From a virus: 64,000 nt of DNA. The notes below the pieces were generated by a model. The model did no database searches. It had not been told where the DNA came from and saw only the letters and a program-made list of their open reading frames with translations. The position numbers and the translations under genes are program-made. Below are positions 36,831 through 45,259 of this stretch, piece by piece. The DNA is taken from positions 12,925 to 76,924 of the IMG/VR virus record IMGVR_UViG_3300047160_007109. One strand, given 5' to 3'. Numbering within the stretch: position 1 is the first letter of the stretch; every line of letters starts with the position of its first letter.

Positions 36831-38858
36831 CTACCCCTCCGGGCTCGACGAGATCCGGATGCGCGGCGGTCCGGGCTCCGCCTGGGTCTCGATGCTGCCA
36901 GTATCCCCCACGGACGCGCCGACGAGGATGGACCGTGCGGGAGTTGCTTCGATCTGGACGGCGAGCGTCGGCGTCGCCCGGATCGCGATCGCGAGCGTCG
37001 GGAACGCCTCGATGTGGATGCTGCCGCCGGGCGAGACCGGGACGACGGCGAGGACGTTGTCGGTGATGCCGACGAGGTCGACGAGGATGACCTCAGGAGT
37101 GATCGGGCCGCTCGCCGCGTCGGTGATGCCGACGTTGTCGCCGACGGACCGGACGTAGATCCCGGCTTGGGCGAGCACGTCGAGGAGCCCGACGGCGTCG
37201 GCGAGCGTCTGCGCGTAGACGGCGGCGACGACGGTCACGTCGGTGAGGCCGAGCGTTTCGACGAGGACGCGCGCAGCGGCCGACGCCTCGACGATGTTGT
37301 CGGTGATGCCGACAGCGTCGGCGAACGAGTCGACGAACGCCGCCGCTTGCGAGATGGCGTCGGTGAGGCCCACGTTGTCGGACAGTGCCCGAACCTCGAC
37401 GGAGGCCTGCGCCGTCGAGTCCGTGATGCCGAGCGCCTCGTCGGAGGGTTGCCGGACGTACGCCGACGCCTGCGTCGTCGAATCTGTGATGCCGACGTTG
37501 TCGGCGGGAGCCTGGGAGTCCACAGATGCCTGCGAGAGCCCTTCAGTGATCCCCTCCGCCTCCGCGACGGTCCGGACGAACACAGACGCCTGCGACGCCG
37601 CGTCGGTGATCCCGACGGCCTCAGAGGCCGTCTGGGAGTAGATCGCGATTTGGGTGAGCGAGTCGGTGATCCCGACCGGGTCGGCGAACGATTGGAACCC
37701 CGACTGGTTCGAGACGTCGGTGATCCCCTCCGAGTCGCCGACCGTCTGCGCGTAGACCGCAGCCTGAGCGAGCGTGTCGGTGATCCCGATGTTGTCGGAC
37801 AGCGTCGGGCCGAACACGGCCGCTTGGCTCATCGCGTCGGTGATGCCGAGCGCCTCGTTGCCGAGCGTCCGGACGACGTCGCGGGCGAGCCCAGCGTCGG
37901 TGATGCCGACGTTGTCCGTGATCGACTGCGCGTAGACAGCCGCTTGCACCAGGGCGTCGGTGATCCCCTCCGCTTCGGAGAGCGTCTGGGCGAACACGGC
38001 CGCTTGGGAGAGCGAGTCGGTCAGGCCGACGTTGTCGGAGAGCGCCGGGCCGTACGCCGCCGCTTGCGTGATCGCGTCGGTGATGCCGACGTTGTCGGAG
38101 AACGATTGCCCGTAGATGAACACCTGCGTGATCGCGTCGGTGATCCCGACGTTGTCGGAAGCGAGCGTCTGCGCGAACACGGCCGCCTGAGCGAGCGAGT
38201 CCGTGATCCCCTCCGCCTCGTTCGGGAGGACCCGGACATACGCCGCCGCCTGGACGAGCGCGTCGGTGATGCCGACGGACTCCGGGAGCGTCTGGGCGAA
38301 CACGGCCGCTTGCGTCGTCGCGTCGGTGATCCCCTCGGACTCGTTGGGGAGGACCCGGGACAGGTCGCGGGCGAACCCGGACGCGTCGGTGATCCCGATG
38401 TTCTCCGAGGCGAGCGTCTGGACGTAGATGGCGGCCTGGACGAGCGGCGAGTCGGTGATGCCGACGTTGTCGGAGAGGGACTGGGCGTAGACGGCGGCTT
38501 GGGTGATCGAGTCGGTGATGCCGAGCGCCTCGTTCGGGAGGACCCGCACGTACGCCGACGCCTCGACGATGTTGTCCGTGATGCCGAGCGCCTCGGAGGC
38601 GAGCGTCTGCGCGTAGACCGCCGCCTGGACGATCGAGTCCGTCAGGCCGAGCGCCTCGTTGGGCAGGACCCGGACGTAGACGGCCGCTTGGACGATGTTG
38701 TCGGTGATGCCAAGCGCCTCGTTCGCCAGCGTTTGGGCGTAGGCGGCGACCTGGACGATGTTGTCGGTGATGCCGACGTTGTCGTTGATCGTCTGCGTGT
38801 AGGCGGTACCGCCGCTCGGGAGGAGCGGCTCGATGTGTCGAGTCGACGGCCCAGCCAC
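36831..38858 (-). CDS. Repeat-rich fibre protein, ~29 x 19-21 aa units with G(I/L)TD core
   Basis: e.g. AQTLASEALGITDNIVEASAY repeated along nearly the whole 675 aa. Confidence 0.8.
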   Translation of the reverse strand: MAGPSTRHIEPLLPSGGTAYTQTINDNVGITDNIVQVAAYAQTLANEALGITDNIVQAAVYVRVLPNEALGLTDSIVQAAVYAQTLASEALGITDNIVEASAYVRVLPNEALGITDSITQAAVYAQSLSDNVGITDSPLVQAAIYVQTLASENIGITDASGFARDLSRVLPNESEGITDATTQAAVFAQTLPESVGITDALVQAAAYVRVLPNEAEGITDSLAQAAVFAQTLASDNVGITDAITQVFIYGQSFSDNVGITDAITQAAAYGPALSDNVGLTDSLSQAAVFAQTLSEAEGITDALVQAAVYAQSITDNVGITDAGLARDVVRTLGNEALGITDAMSQAAVFGPTLSDNIGITDTLAQAAVYAQTVGDSEGITDVSNQSGFQSFADPVGITDSLTQIAIYSQTASEAVGITDAASQASVFVRTVAEAEGITEGLSQASVDSQAPADNVGITDSTTQASAYVRQPSDEALGITDSTAQASVEVRALSDNVGLTDAISQAAAFVDSFADAVGITDNIVEASAAARVLVETLGLTDVTVVAAVYAQTLADAVGLLDVLAQAGIYVRSVGDNVGITDAASGPITPEVILVDLVGITDNVLAVVPVSPGGSIHIEAFPTLAIAIRATPTLAVQIEATPARSILVGASVGDTGSIETQAEPGPPRIRISSSPEG

Positions 38859-38869
38859 GGAGGGCTACC

Positions 38870-39202
38870 TCAGTGAGCCGTCATCCGGTGCGTGTCGCCG
38901 GACTCGGTCGGGATCTCGATGACGTCGCCGGAGGCGACCGGCTCCGATTCGGGATGATGCGCCGCCGTCACCGTGATCGTGATCGACTCCGGCTGGTCGC
39001 CGTCGCCGTGGTCCGGGTTGGCGTGGCCGGAGAGCGAGATGTGGACCGGATCGTTGGGGCGGCCGACGGCGAGCGCGACCGACCGGAGGAACGATCGGGC
39101 CGCGTCCCACTGGTCGGCTTCCGCCGGGCTCGACGGCTCCAGGTCCGGGACGTTGACGTGCGTCTTGAGGACCGGTTCGGTGGTTTCGACCTTCCACGGC
39201 AT
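38870..39202 (-). CDS. Hypothetical protein
   Basis: MPWKVETT start behind GAGGAGG. Confidence 0.65.
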   Translation of the reverse strand: MPWKVETTEPVLKTHVNVPDLEPSSPAEADQWDAARSFLRSVALAVGRPNDPVHISLSGHANPDHGDGDQPESITITVTAAHHPESEPVASGDVIEIPTESGDTHRMTAH

Positions 39203-39216
39203 CGAGAGCCTCCTCG

Positions 39217-39561
39217 TCAGGCGTACTTGAGGATCTTGTACGGAACGGACCGGGACGTCCCGAACGTCTGCTTCATCGACGCCCGGATCGACCCGGTGTC
39301 CGTCAGTTCGTTCGAGATCGGGACGCTGATCTTGATGAGATCGTCGGTCGGCTGCGCGCCGGAGAACCGGGCGACGTAGGCGACGCGGCGCGTCCCGCCA
39401 GTGAGGATGATCTGGTAGAGCCGCAACTCGAACACGTCGCCCGCGGCCGCGTTGACGAGGTCGACGTGGAACGTGAACGTCCCGGCGACGGAGACGTCGT
39501 AGGTGTGCTCGGTGCCGACCGTCGTCGTCTGCGTCCCCGAGGTTTGCGCCGTGACGGCCAT
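39217..39561 (-). CDS. Small beta-rich virion protein
   Basis: Thr/Val-rich, structural region. Confidence 0.7.
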   Translation of the reverse strand: MAVTAQTSGTQTTTVGTEHTYDVSVAGTFTFHVDLVNAAAGDVFELRLYQIILTGGTRRVAYVARFSGAQPTDDLIKISVPISNELTDTGSIRASMKQTFGTSRSVPYKILKYA

Positions 39562-39576
39562 CGCCCCATCCTCTCG

Positions 39577-40131
39577 TCAAACGGTGGTTTTCGCGGTGAC
39601 CCCCGCGGCGGGGATCAGCACGGTCGTCGTCGTGATCGTCGCCGGAGTCCACGTCGCCGGGAGCGGGAGCGCGCCGAGCGCCTGCTGACAGATGCCGCAA
39701 TGCTGGTACAGGTCGTTCGACGAGGTCGGCGTCCCCTGCATCGTCGCCGTCGCCGAGGAGCAGGCCACGGCGAAGTAGTAGTAGTCGGGGAGGAGCATGT
39801 ACGGCGCGGCCGACGGCGTCGCCGACTGGATCGCGCCGATCGTCGCCTGCGCCGTCGAGCCCGAGTTGAACAGGAGCACGCCGTCCCGGTTGTAGACCCC
39901 GACGTCGACGTTGCCGCTCACCGTCGCCCCGTTCGCCCAGAACACTTTCTGGACGAGGAACGGCATGAAAACCTGGAACGGGAAGTAGACGGCGAGGTTC
40001 GCCGTCGTCCACGCGTTCGAGCCGAGCCCAGCCTGGTTGAGCGGGTCGCCGACCGTGTAGCCGACCGACTCGTCGCCGAACGTCTGGATCGTGAGGAGAT
40101 TCGTCCCGGCGTCGTTGATCCAGTCGCCCAT
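39577..40131 (-). CDS. Tandem paralog 4 (beta-sandwich virion protein)
   Basis: ANLA.FPF, SGNVDVGVY, GSTAQ, LLPDYYY, LPLPAT. Confidence 0.75.
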   Translation of the reverse strand: MGDWINDAGTNLLTIQTFGDESVGYTVGDPLNQAGLGSNAWTTANLAVYFPFQVFMPFLVQKVFWANGATVSGNVDVGVYNRDGVLLFNSGSTAQATIGAIQSATPSAAPYMLLPDYYYFAVACSSATATMQGTPTSSNDLYQHCGICQQALGALPLPATWTPATITTTTVLIPAAGVTAKTTV

Positions 40132-40697
40132 CAGACCGTCGCCCGTTCGGAGAACCCGAAGTTCGGGATCCACGTCGAGTCGTTCGCCGACGTGATGAGC
40201 GTCAGCGTCGCCGGGCACGGAGGACCGGCCGACGCGGTCTGCTTCGCGATTCCCATCTTCGACAGCGACGCCGATCCGGAGGAGCCGCACTCAAACGTCG
40301 CCGTCGCCGACGAGACGCTGATCGCCAGGTAGTACGAGTCGGGGAGGAGTAGATAGTCGGACCCGAGCGTGACCGACTGGATCGCCGTCGTGCCCGACTG
40401 GGCGGTCGACCCGCCGTTGAACAGGAGCGTCGGCGTCCCGTCCGGATCGGCGTACACACCGACGTCGACGTTGCCCGAGGCGGTCGCGCCGTTTGACCAC
40501 CAGACTTTGTGGGCGAGGATCGGCGACCAGAGCGTGAACGGGATCGCGAGGAGCATCCCCGCGACCGCGAGGCTCGTCTGGGAGGACGGAGCGCCTCCCG
40601 ACAGCGAGAAGCAGCACGACTCGCCGCCGAGCGCGCCCGGCGAGTACGACCCGTAGTTCGTGGACTGCCTGCGGTGCGCGTCGGTCCAGCCGCTCAT
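40131..40697 (-). CDS. Tandem paralog 3
   Basis: SGNVDVGVY, GSTAQ, LLPDSYYLA. Confidence 0.75.
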   Translation of the reverse strand: MSGWTDAHRRQSTNYGSYSPGALGGESCCFSLSGGAPSSQTSLAVAGMLLAIPFTLWSPILAHKVWWSNGATASGNVDVGVYADPDGTPTLLFNGGSTAQSGTTAIQSVTLGSDYLLLPDSYYLAISVSSATATFECGSSGSASLSKMGIAKQTASAGPPCPATLTLITSANDSTWIPNFGFSERATV

Positions 40698-41236
40698 ACC
40701 AGCACCCTCGACGTCATGCCGATGAACGGGACGAACAGGCCGGTCGCCGAGACGAACGTCGCCGGGTTCGGGAGCGGGAGCGCCGTCGCGGCGATCTCGA
40801 ACACGCCCCACGCCGCGGCGAGCCCGGCACCGTTGGTGCCCATCGTCCATCCGTCCTGGACGTTCGACGCCGACGCGCAGACGAGCGCCGCGTAGTAGGT
40901 GCCCGGGAGGAGCGTCGTGTCTGCGATGTCGAAAGACTGGATCGAGTTGACCGACCCGGCCGCCGTCGACCCCATGTTGACGAGCAGGTTCCCTTGGTCG
41001 TCGTAGATCCCGATATCTCGGTTGCCGGTCGACGTCGCGACGTTCCGCATCATCATCTTCACGGCCGTGTACGGGTAGAACACGCGGAACGGGACGCAGA
41101 TAGCCCGGTTCGCGACCGGCCACGTCGCCGTCGTGCTCATGTTCCCGTAGGAGGCGAGACCGCCGCCGATCGAGGCCTGGGAGTTCGTCGAGATGATGAT
41201 GTCGTTGACGTTCCCGGGGATCTCCCAGTCGGCCAT
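40694..41236 (-). CDS. Tandem paralog 2
   Basis: WPVANRA..PF, GNRDIGIYDDQG, LLPGTYYAA, LPLPNP. Confidence 0.75.
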   Translation of the reverse strand: MADWEIPGNVNDIIISTNSQASIGGGLASYGNMSTTATWPVANRAICVPFRVFYPYTAVKMMMRNVATSTGNRDIGIYDDQGNLLVNMGSTAAGSVNSIQSFDIADTTLLPGTYYAALVCASASNVQDGWTMGTNGAGLAAAWGVFEIAATALPLPNPATFVSATGLFVPFIGMTSRVLV

Positions 41237-41769
41237 CAGATCGTTGTCCTCTGCGACGCCGCGATGAACGGCATGAACGTCCGAGTCGTTGACGCGAACG
41301 TCGCCGTCGCCGGGAGCGGGAGCGCCGTCGCCATCTCGTACTGGCCGCGCGCGGCGGTGTTCGACCCGGCTCCCTGCCAGACCCACGCCCGGAACGTCGC
41401 CGTCACGTTCGTCGAGCAGGCCATCGCTAGGTAGTACGAGCCGGGGAGGAGTGTCGTGTCCGTGATGTCGAGGATCTGCGTGAGGTTCGTGAGCGCCATC
41501 GCCGTCGAGCCCATCGAGACGAGCCGGTTGCCCTGATCGTCGTAGATCCCCATATCGACGTTCCCGGACGACGCGGTCGCCGAGTAGAACAGCTTCACGA
41601 ACGTGGTGATGACACCGATCGTGAACGGCAGGAAGATCGCCAGATTCGCGGCAGGCCAGACGACCGTCGTCGCCGACCCGTACCCGGTGTGGAATTCGGC
41701 GAGCATCGACTGCGAGCCGGGACAGATGATCGGCGGAGTCGGGTCCGCTTGTTGCGGCCAGTCGCCCAT
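41236..41769 (-). CDS. Tandem paralog 1
   Basis: WPAANLA..PF, SGNVDMGIYDDQG, LLPGSYYLA, LPLPAT. Confidence 0.75.
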   Translation of the reverse strand: MGDWPQQADPTPPIICPGSQSMLAEFHTGYGSATTVVWPAANLAIFLPFTIGVITTFVKLFYSATASSGNVDMGIYDDQGNRLVSMGSTAMALTNLTQILDITDTTLLPGSYYLAMACSTNVTATFRAWVWQGAGSNTAARGQYEMATALPLPATATFASTTRTFMPFIAASQRTTI

Positions 41770-41784
41770 GAGCGACCGCCGCGC

Positions 41785-42264
41785 TCAGGCCGACGTGTCG
41801 GCGACCTGCTGGCCGGAGACGAGGGTCGCCGTGAACGTCGGATCGTCGACGACTTCGGTCTGGCGGGCGTCCTCGACGGCCTGCGCGTAGATCGGCGCGG
41901 CGGCTCGGACTTCGGCGAACGTCCCGGCGACGTCGCCGAGCGCCGCGTTGACTTTCGCCTTCGCCTGGTCGTCGCCCTCGACCGCGCCGACCGGGTCTTC
42001 GGCCGGGGACGGGAAGATGACGACGGACCCGAGCGTCGACCACTGGTCGATGTGCTCCGTCAGGTCCGACTCGGTGCCGTCCTCCCACTTGACGTGGACG
42101 GTCTGGACGTCGAGCGGCGGCTGCGGCTCCCGAGACAGTTCCTCGCCGGTCGCCGAGTCGTGCGTGACCTTGTCCGGCTGGGTGACTTGGGCGGAGCCGA
42201 CGGAGGCGACGATCCCGCCCTTCTCGCCGTCCTGGGTGACGAGCGACCCGACTGTCTGTGCCAT
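41785..42264 (-). CDS. Acidic hypothetical protein
   Basis: MAQTVGS start behind CGGAGGA. Confidence 0.65.
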   Translation of the reverse strand: MAQTVGSLVTQDGEKGGIVASVGSAQVTQPDKVTHDSATGEELSREPQPPLDVQTVHVKWEDGTESDLTEHIDQWSTLGSVVIFPSPAEDPVGAVEGDDQAKAKVNAALGDVAGTFAEVRAAAPIYAQAVEDARQTEVVDDPTFTATLVSGQQVADTSA

Positions 42265-42275
42265 CGGTCCTCCGA

Positions 42276-43124
42276 TCAGGCTCCGAGGAGCAGATGGTTC
42301 CACGTCACGGCGAGCGAGTCGCCGGAGCCCTTGTTGACGACCGGCGAGAGGAGCGCCCGGCTGATCGTGTTCCCGGCGACTCCGGCGACGTCCGTGATCG
42401 GCGACTCCTCGGTGAGCACGACCTCGTTGAGCCCGTTCTGCGTCACCGTCCCGGCAGGCCACGTCGTCTTGTACTGCTCCTGGCGGGACGCACCGTTGAG
42501 CGACGACTGCGGGTACGTCGCGTCGAGCGCCTTGAACGAACCCGTCGTGTACGTCACCATCGCCGCGCCCGCGCCGGTCTTCGCCGGAGCCGTCGATCCG
42601 GTCCCGAGCCGCATCCCCGAGACGAACGCCATCGCCGGGGCGATCACGTCGCCGCCGGACGACCAGACGCCCGGAGCCGCGCCGACCGGGACCGTGAACG
42701 TGTTCGCGGCGATCGCCGAGATGACCCAGGAGCCGTTGAGGCCGGTCGCGCCGACGACGGGAGTGACGGAGCCGATCTTGACTGGGTCGCCGACCGACAT
42801 CTGATGGCCGTTGAGCGTCACGACGGACGACGTCGCGTTCGTCGCCGCCGTCATCGTCCCGACCGACCGGTTGACCGTCGGCCACGACGCACGGTCGCCG
42901 TAGTACTGGTCGCCGGTCTGAGTGACGAGGTTGACGAACTCGGTCCGGGAGCGGAGCCGTCCCGTCCACTCGTCGATCAGGTCGGCCCAGCCCCAGCCGA
43001 CAACGTCCGCGACGTACAGGCCCGATTCGGCCCGGCGCGCGTTGCAGAGGAACGCCTGGACGAGCGCCTCGGGCGAGACGTCGCCGAACTCGATCGGAGC
43101 GACGTTGTCGATGAGGTCGAGCAT
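42276..43124 (-). CDS. Virion protein with inserted small beta-barrel
   Basis: NLVTQTG...MRLGTGSTA; GHQMSVGDPVKI...LNGSWVISAIAANTFT. Confidence 0.7.
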   Translation of the reverse strand: MLDLIDNVAPIEFGDVSPEALVQAFLCNARRAESGLYVADVVGWGWADLIDEWTGRLRSRTEFVNLVTQTGDQYYGDRASWPTVNRSVGTMTAATNATSSVVTLNGHQMSVGDPVKIGSVTPVVGATGLNGSWVISAIAANTFTVPVGAAPGVWSSGGDVIAPAMAFVSGMRLGTGSTAPAKTGAGAAMVTYTTGSFKALDATYPQSSLNGASRQEQYKTTWPAGTVTQNGLNEVVLTEESPITDVAGVAGNTISRALLSPVVNKGSGDSLAVTWNHLLLGA

Positions 43125-43140
43125 GTGCCCCTCCGGACGG

Positions 43141-43812
43141 TCAGGAAATGTCTGCGTTGACGCGCTGGTAGTCGTTCGGCGTCGGAATGTTCGGGAGAGC
43201 CGTGTCGTCGAGGTCGGCCCACGGCCAGTTCGTCACACCGACCAGGGACGTCACGTCGTCGAGTGGCCCGGCGTGGTACTTGTTGTTGACGACCCCGAAG
43301 AAGTCGTAGACCGGCAGCGCGACGCCGTTCTGGCGGTCGTGGCCGTTCGGAGCGAAATACGCCCGGGGCGAGATGGACCGCATGTACGGGGCGGTCGCCG
43401 CCGCGGCGCACTGCCACTGCTCCGACCACATTTCGAGCGAGACGCCGTTCTTCGTCTGCGTCCCGGTACAGCCCTGCCCGGCTTGGATCGCCCGGCCCGT
43501 CACGGTCGCGACCGTCAGGAGGTTCACCGACAGTTCGGTGATCTCGTCGAACCGGTAGTCCTGGTTGGCGAGGGTGAGGGAACCGGTGACGCGCTTGACG
43601 ATGTCGGGCCGCTTGCGGATCACGACCGGGAGCCCGCACGCGTCGAACTCGAAGATGTCTGCGCCCTTCTCGATCTCGAACGAGTACGAGAGCTTGCTCA
43701 TCCCGCCGAGGAGCGTGAAATTGCCCTTCGGGTTGTTGTACGAGATGGAGCCGTCCGACAGGAGTCGGCAGACCCGCACGGCGCAGAGGCCCATGATCGA
43801 CGTCGTCGCCAT
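43141..43812 (-). CDS. Major tail (tube) protein
   Basis: VRVCRLLSDG, EIEKGADI...DACG, SLTL pattern of actinophage tail tube proteins. Confidence 0.75.
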   Translation of the reverse strand: MATTSIMGLCAVRVCRLLSDGSISYNNPKGNFTLLGGMSKLSYSFEIEKGADIFEFDACGLPVVIRKRPDIVKRVTGSLTLANQDYRFDEITELSVNLLTVATVTGRAIQAGQGCTGTQTKNGVSLEMWSEQWQCAAAATAPYMRSISPRAYFAPNGHDRQNGVALPVYDFFGVVNNKYHAGPLDDVTSLVGVTNWPWADLDDTALPNIPTPNDYQRVNADIS

Positions 43813-43815
43813 CGG

Positions 43816-43989
43816 TTACTCCTTGAGGTCGGGGCGGATCCCGCCGAGCAGTTCCTCATCGGACTGCGGGCGGAGAACGAGGCGTTCGGCCTGCGGGAGA
43901 GGCGCGCGCGCCGGGATCGAGGCGGCAGGCATCATCGTGCGGACTTCGGGGACGCCGTTCCCGCTGGAGTTACCACAGCCGCATCCCAT
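43816..43989 (-). CDS. 57-aa MGCGCG-type small protein
   Basis: ATGA overlap; MGCGCG N-terminus; below ORF-track cutoff. Confidence 0.6.
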   Translation of the reverse strand: MGCGCGNSSGNGVPEVRTMMPAASIPARAPLPQAERLVLRPQSDEELLGGIRPDLKE

Positions 43990-45212
43990 CAGCTAACGCT
44001 CCCGGCGTAGTTCTGGACCTTGACGCCGAAGATGGCGCAGGGGTCGTAACGGACAATTGCCATGCGTTGCGCCCAGACCTCGTACTGGTTCGTGCGGCCG
44101 CCGGAACCGGCCGGGCCGTACCGCCGCTGGTAGTCCTCGGTCGGGAGGACGACCGTCGGGCCGAGCGCGTATTCGACCGGGCCGGACACGAACATCCACG
44201 CCTCGTTGAGCCCGTTCCCGGCGTAGACCTCCGTGTTGGTGCCCTGCCCGGCGTCGGCGGTACCGGAGATGAGCGGCCCGTTGCCGTTCGCTCCCTGCGT
44301 CGACGCGCCGTGCGGGTAGCCGGGACCCGGCGAGACGACGGAGCCGAGCGGCCCCCGGTAGAAGTCGCCCTGGCGGGTCGCGATCCGGCCGCCGCCCGGG
44401 ATGCCGCCCTCCGCGCCGACCATCAGCACGGACGGGACGTGGAGGACGGCTCCGCCCGACCCGAACGTCGCCTGCTCGTACTGCGACAGGAGAATCGCTG
44501 CGCCGACATCGACCGTGACCGCCGCGCCGCCCGTCACGTCGACCGCGTTCCGGCGGAGCGTCGTCACCGACGAGTCGGCGATCATGCCGACGCCGAGCCA
44601 GAGTGCTTGGCCCATCGCGTACGCCGTATGGACGTTCGTGAGCGCCGTGGCGTCGTCGGCGAGGCGAGTCCCTTGGTGCGCCCAATCGCAAGCGAGGGGC
44701 GTGTAGAGCAGGAACGGGTCCGTGTGGACCGCCGTGCCTTCCTCGGACGGGTCGACGCGCTTCGTCGAGACGCCGTCGTACGTGGCGCAGCGAACCTCGG
44801 GATACGTCTTCTGGCAGGCGAGGGTGTTCCAGGTGATACCGGTCCGCCACGACGCGTCGGCGAGGCCGAACAGAGCCTCCCCGGACAGCGCCGCGTCCGC
44901 GACCGCTCCCGCCTGCCGTGACTCCGGCTCCGACAGGGCGAGACGGATCGCGTCTCGGGCTTCCACCGCGGCGAGCCGCAGTTGGCCGGTCCCTGTGTGG
45001 TTGTCGTCGTCGCCGAGGCGGGCGAGGCCCTCCTCCATTGAGGCGAGATGCGGCCGTGGATCGCTGCCGTCTTTGAGGGCGGCGACAGCCGCGGCGTATG
45101 CCGTGGCGACCTGAGCGGCCGGGAGAGGACGCGCCGTCGTGAGGATCGACGGGACCGGGGCGACAGGGTCGACCCGTCCGAGGGGCTGCCAGAACCCCGT
45201 CTGTTCCGCCAT
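43989..45212 (-). CDS. Second capsid-associated protein (minor capsid/decoration-like)
   Basis: Directly after MCP; WRTGITW...C, PFLLYTPLAC, ALWLG, YEVWAQR. Confidence 0.6.
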   Translation of the reverse strand: MAEQTGFWQPLGRVDPVAPVPSILTTARPLPAAQVATAYAAAVAALKDGSDPRPHLASMEEGLARLGDDDNHTGTGQLRLAAVEARDAIRLALSEPESRQAGAVADAALSGEALFGLADASWRTGITWNTLACQKTYPEVRCATYDGVSTKRVDPSEEGTAVHTDPFLLYTPLACDWAHQGTRLADDATALTNVHTAYAMGQALWLGVGMIADSSVTTLRRNAVDVTGGAAVTVDVGAAILLSQYEQATFGSGGAVLHVPSVLMVGAEGGIPGGGRIATRQGDFYRGPLGSVVSPGPGYPHGASTQGANGNGPLISGTADAGQGTNTEVYAGNGLNEAWMFVSGPVEYALGPTVVLPTEDYQRRYGPAGSGGRTNQYEVWAQRMAIVRYDPCAIFGVKVQNYAGSVS

Positions 45213-45259
45213 ATCCGTCTCCTCGACGCGTCCTCGTTACCGGCCTCTGACCGCCCCGG

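Noticed and set aside
36831-38858. Regular ~60-bp DNA repeats (gtcggtgatgccg..) resembling a CRISPR array
   Set aside because: Repeats keep frame, vary at synonymous positions and encode the G(I/L)TD protein repeat; no unique spacers or cas genes
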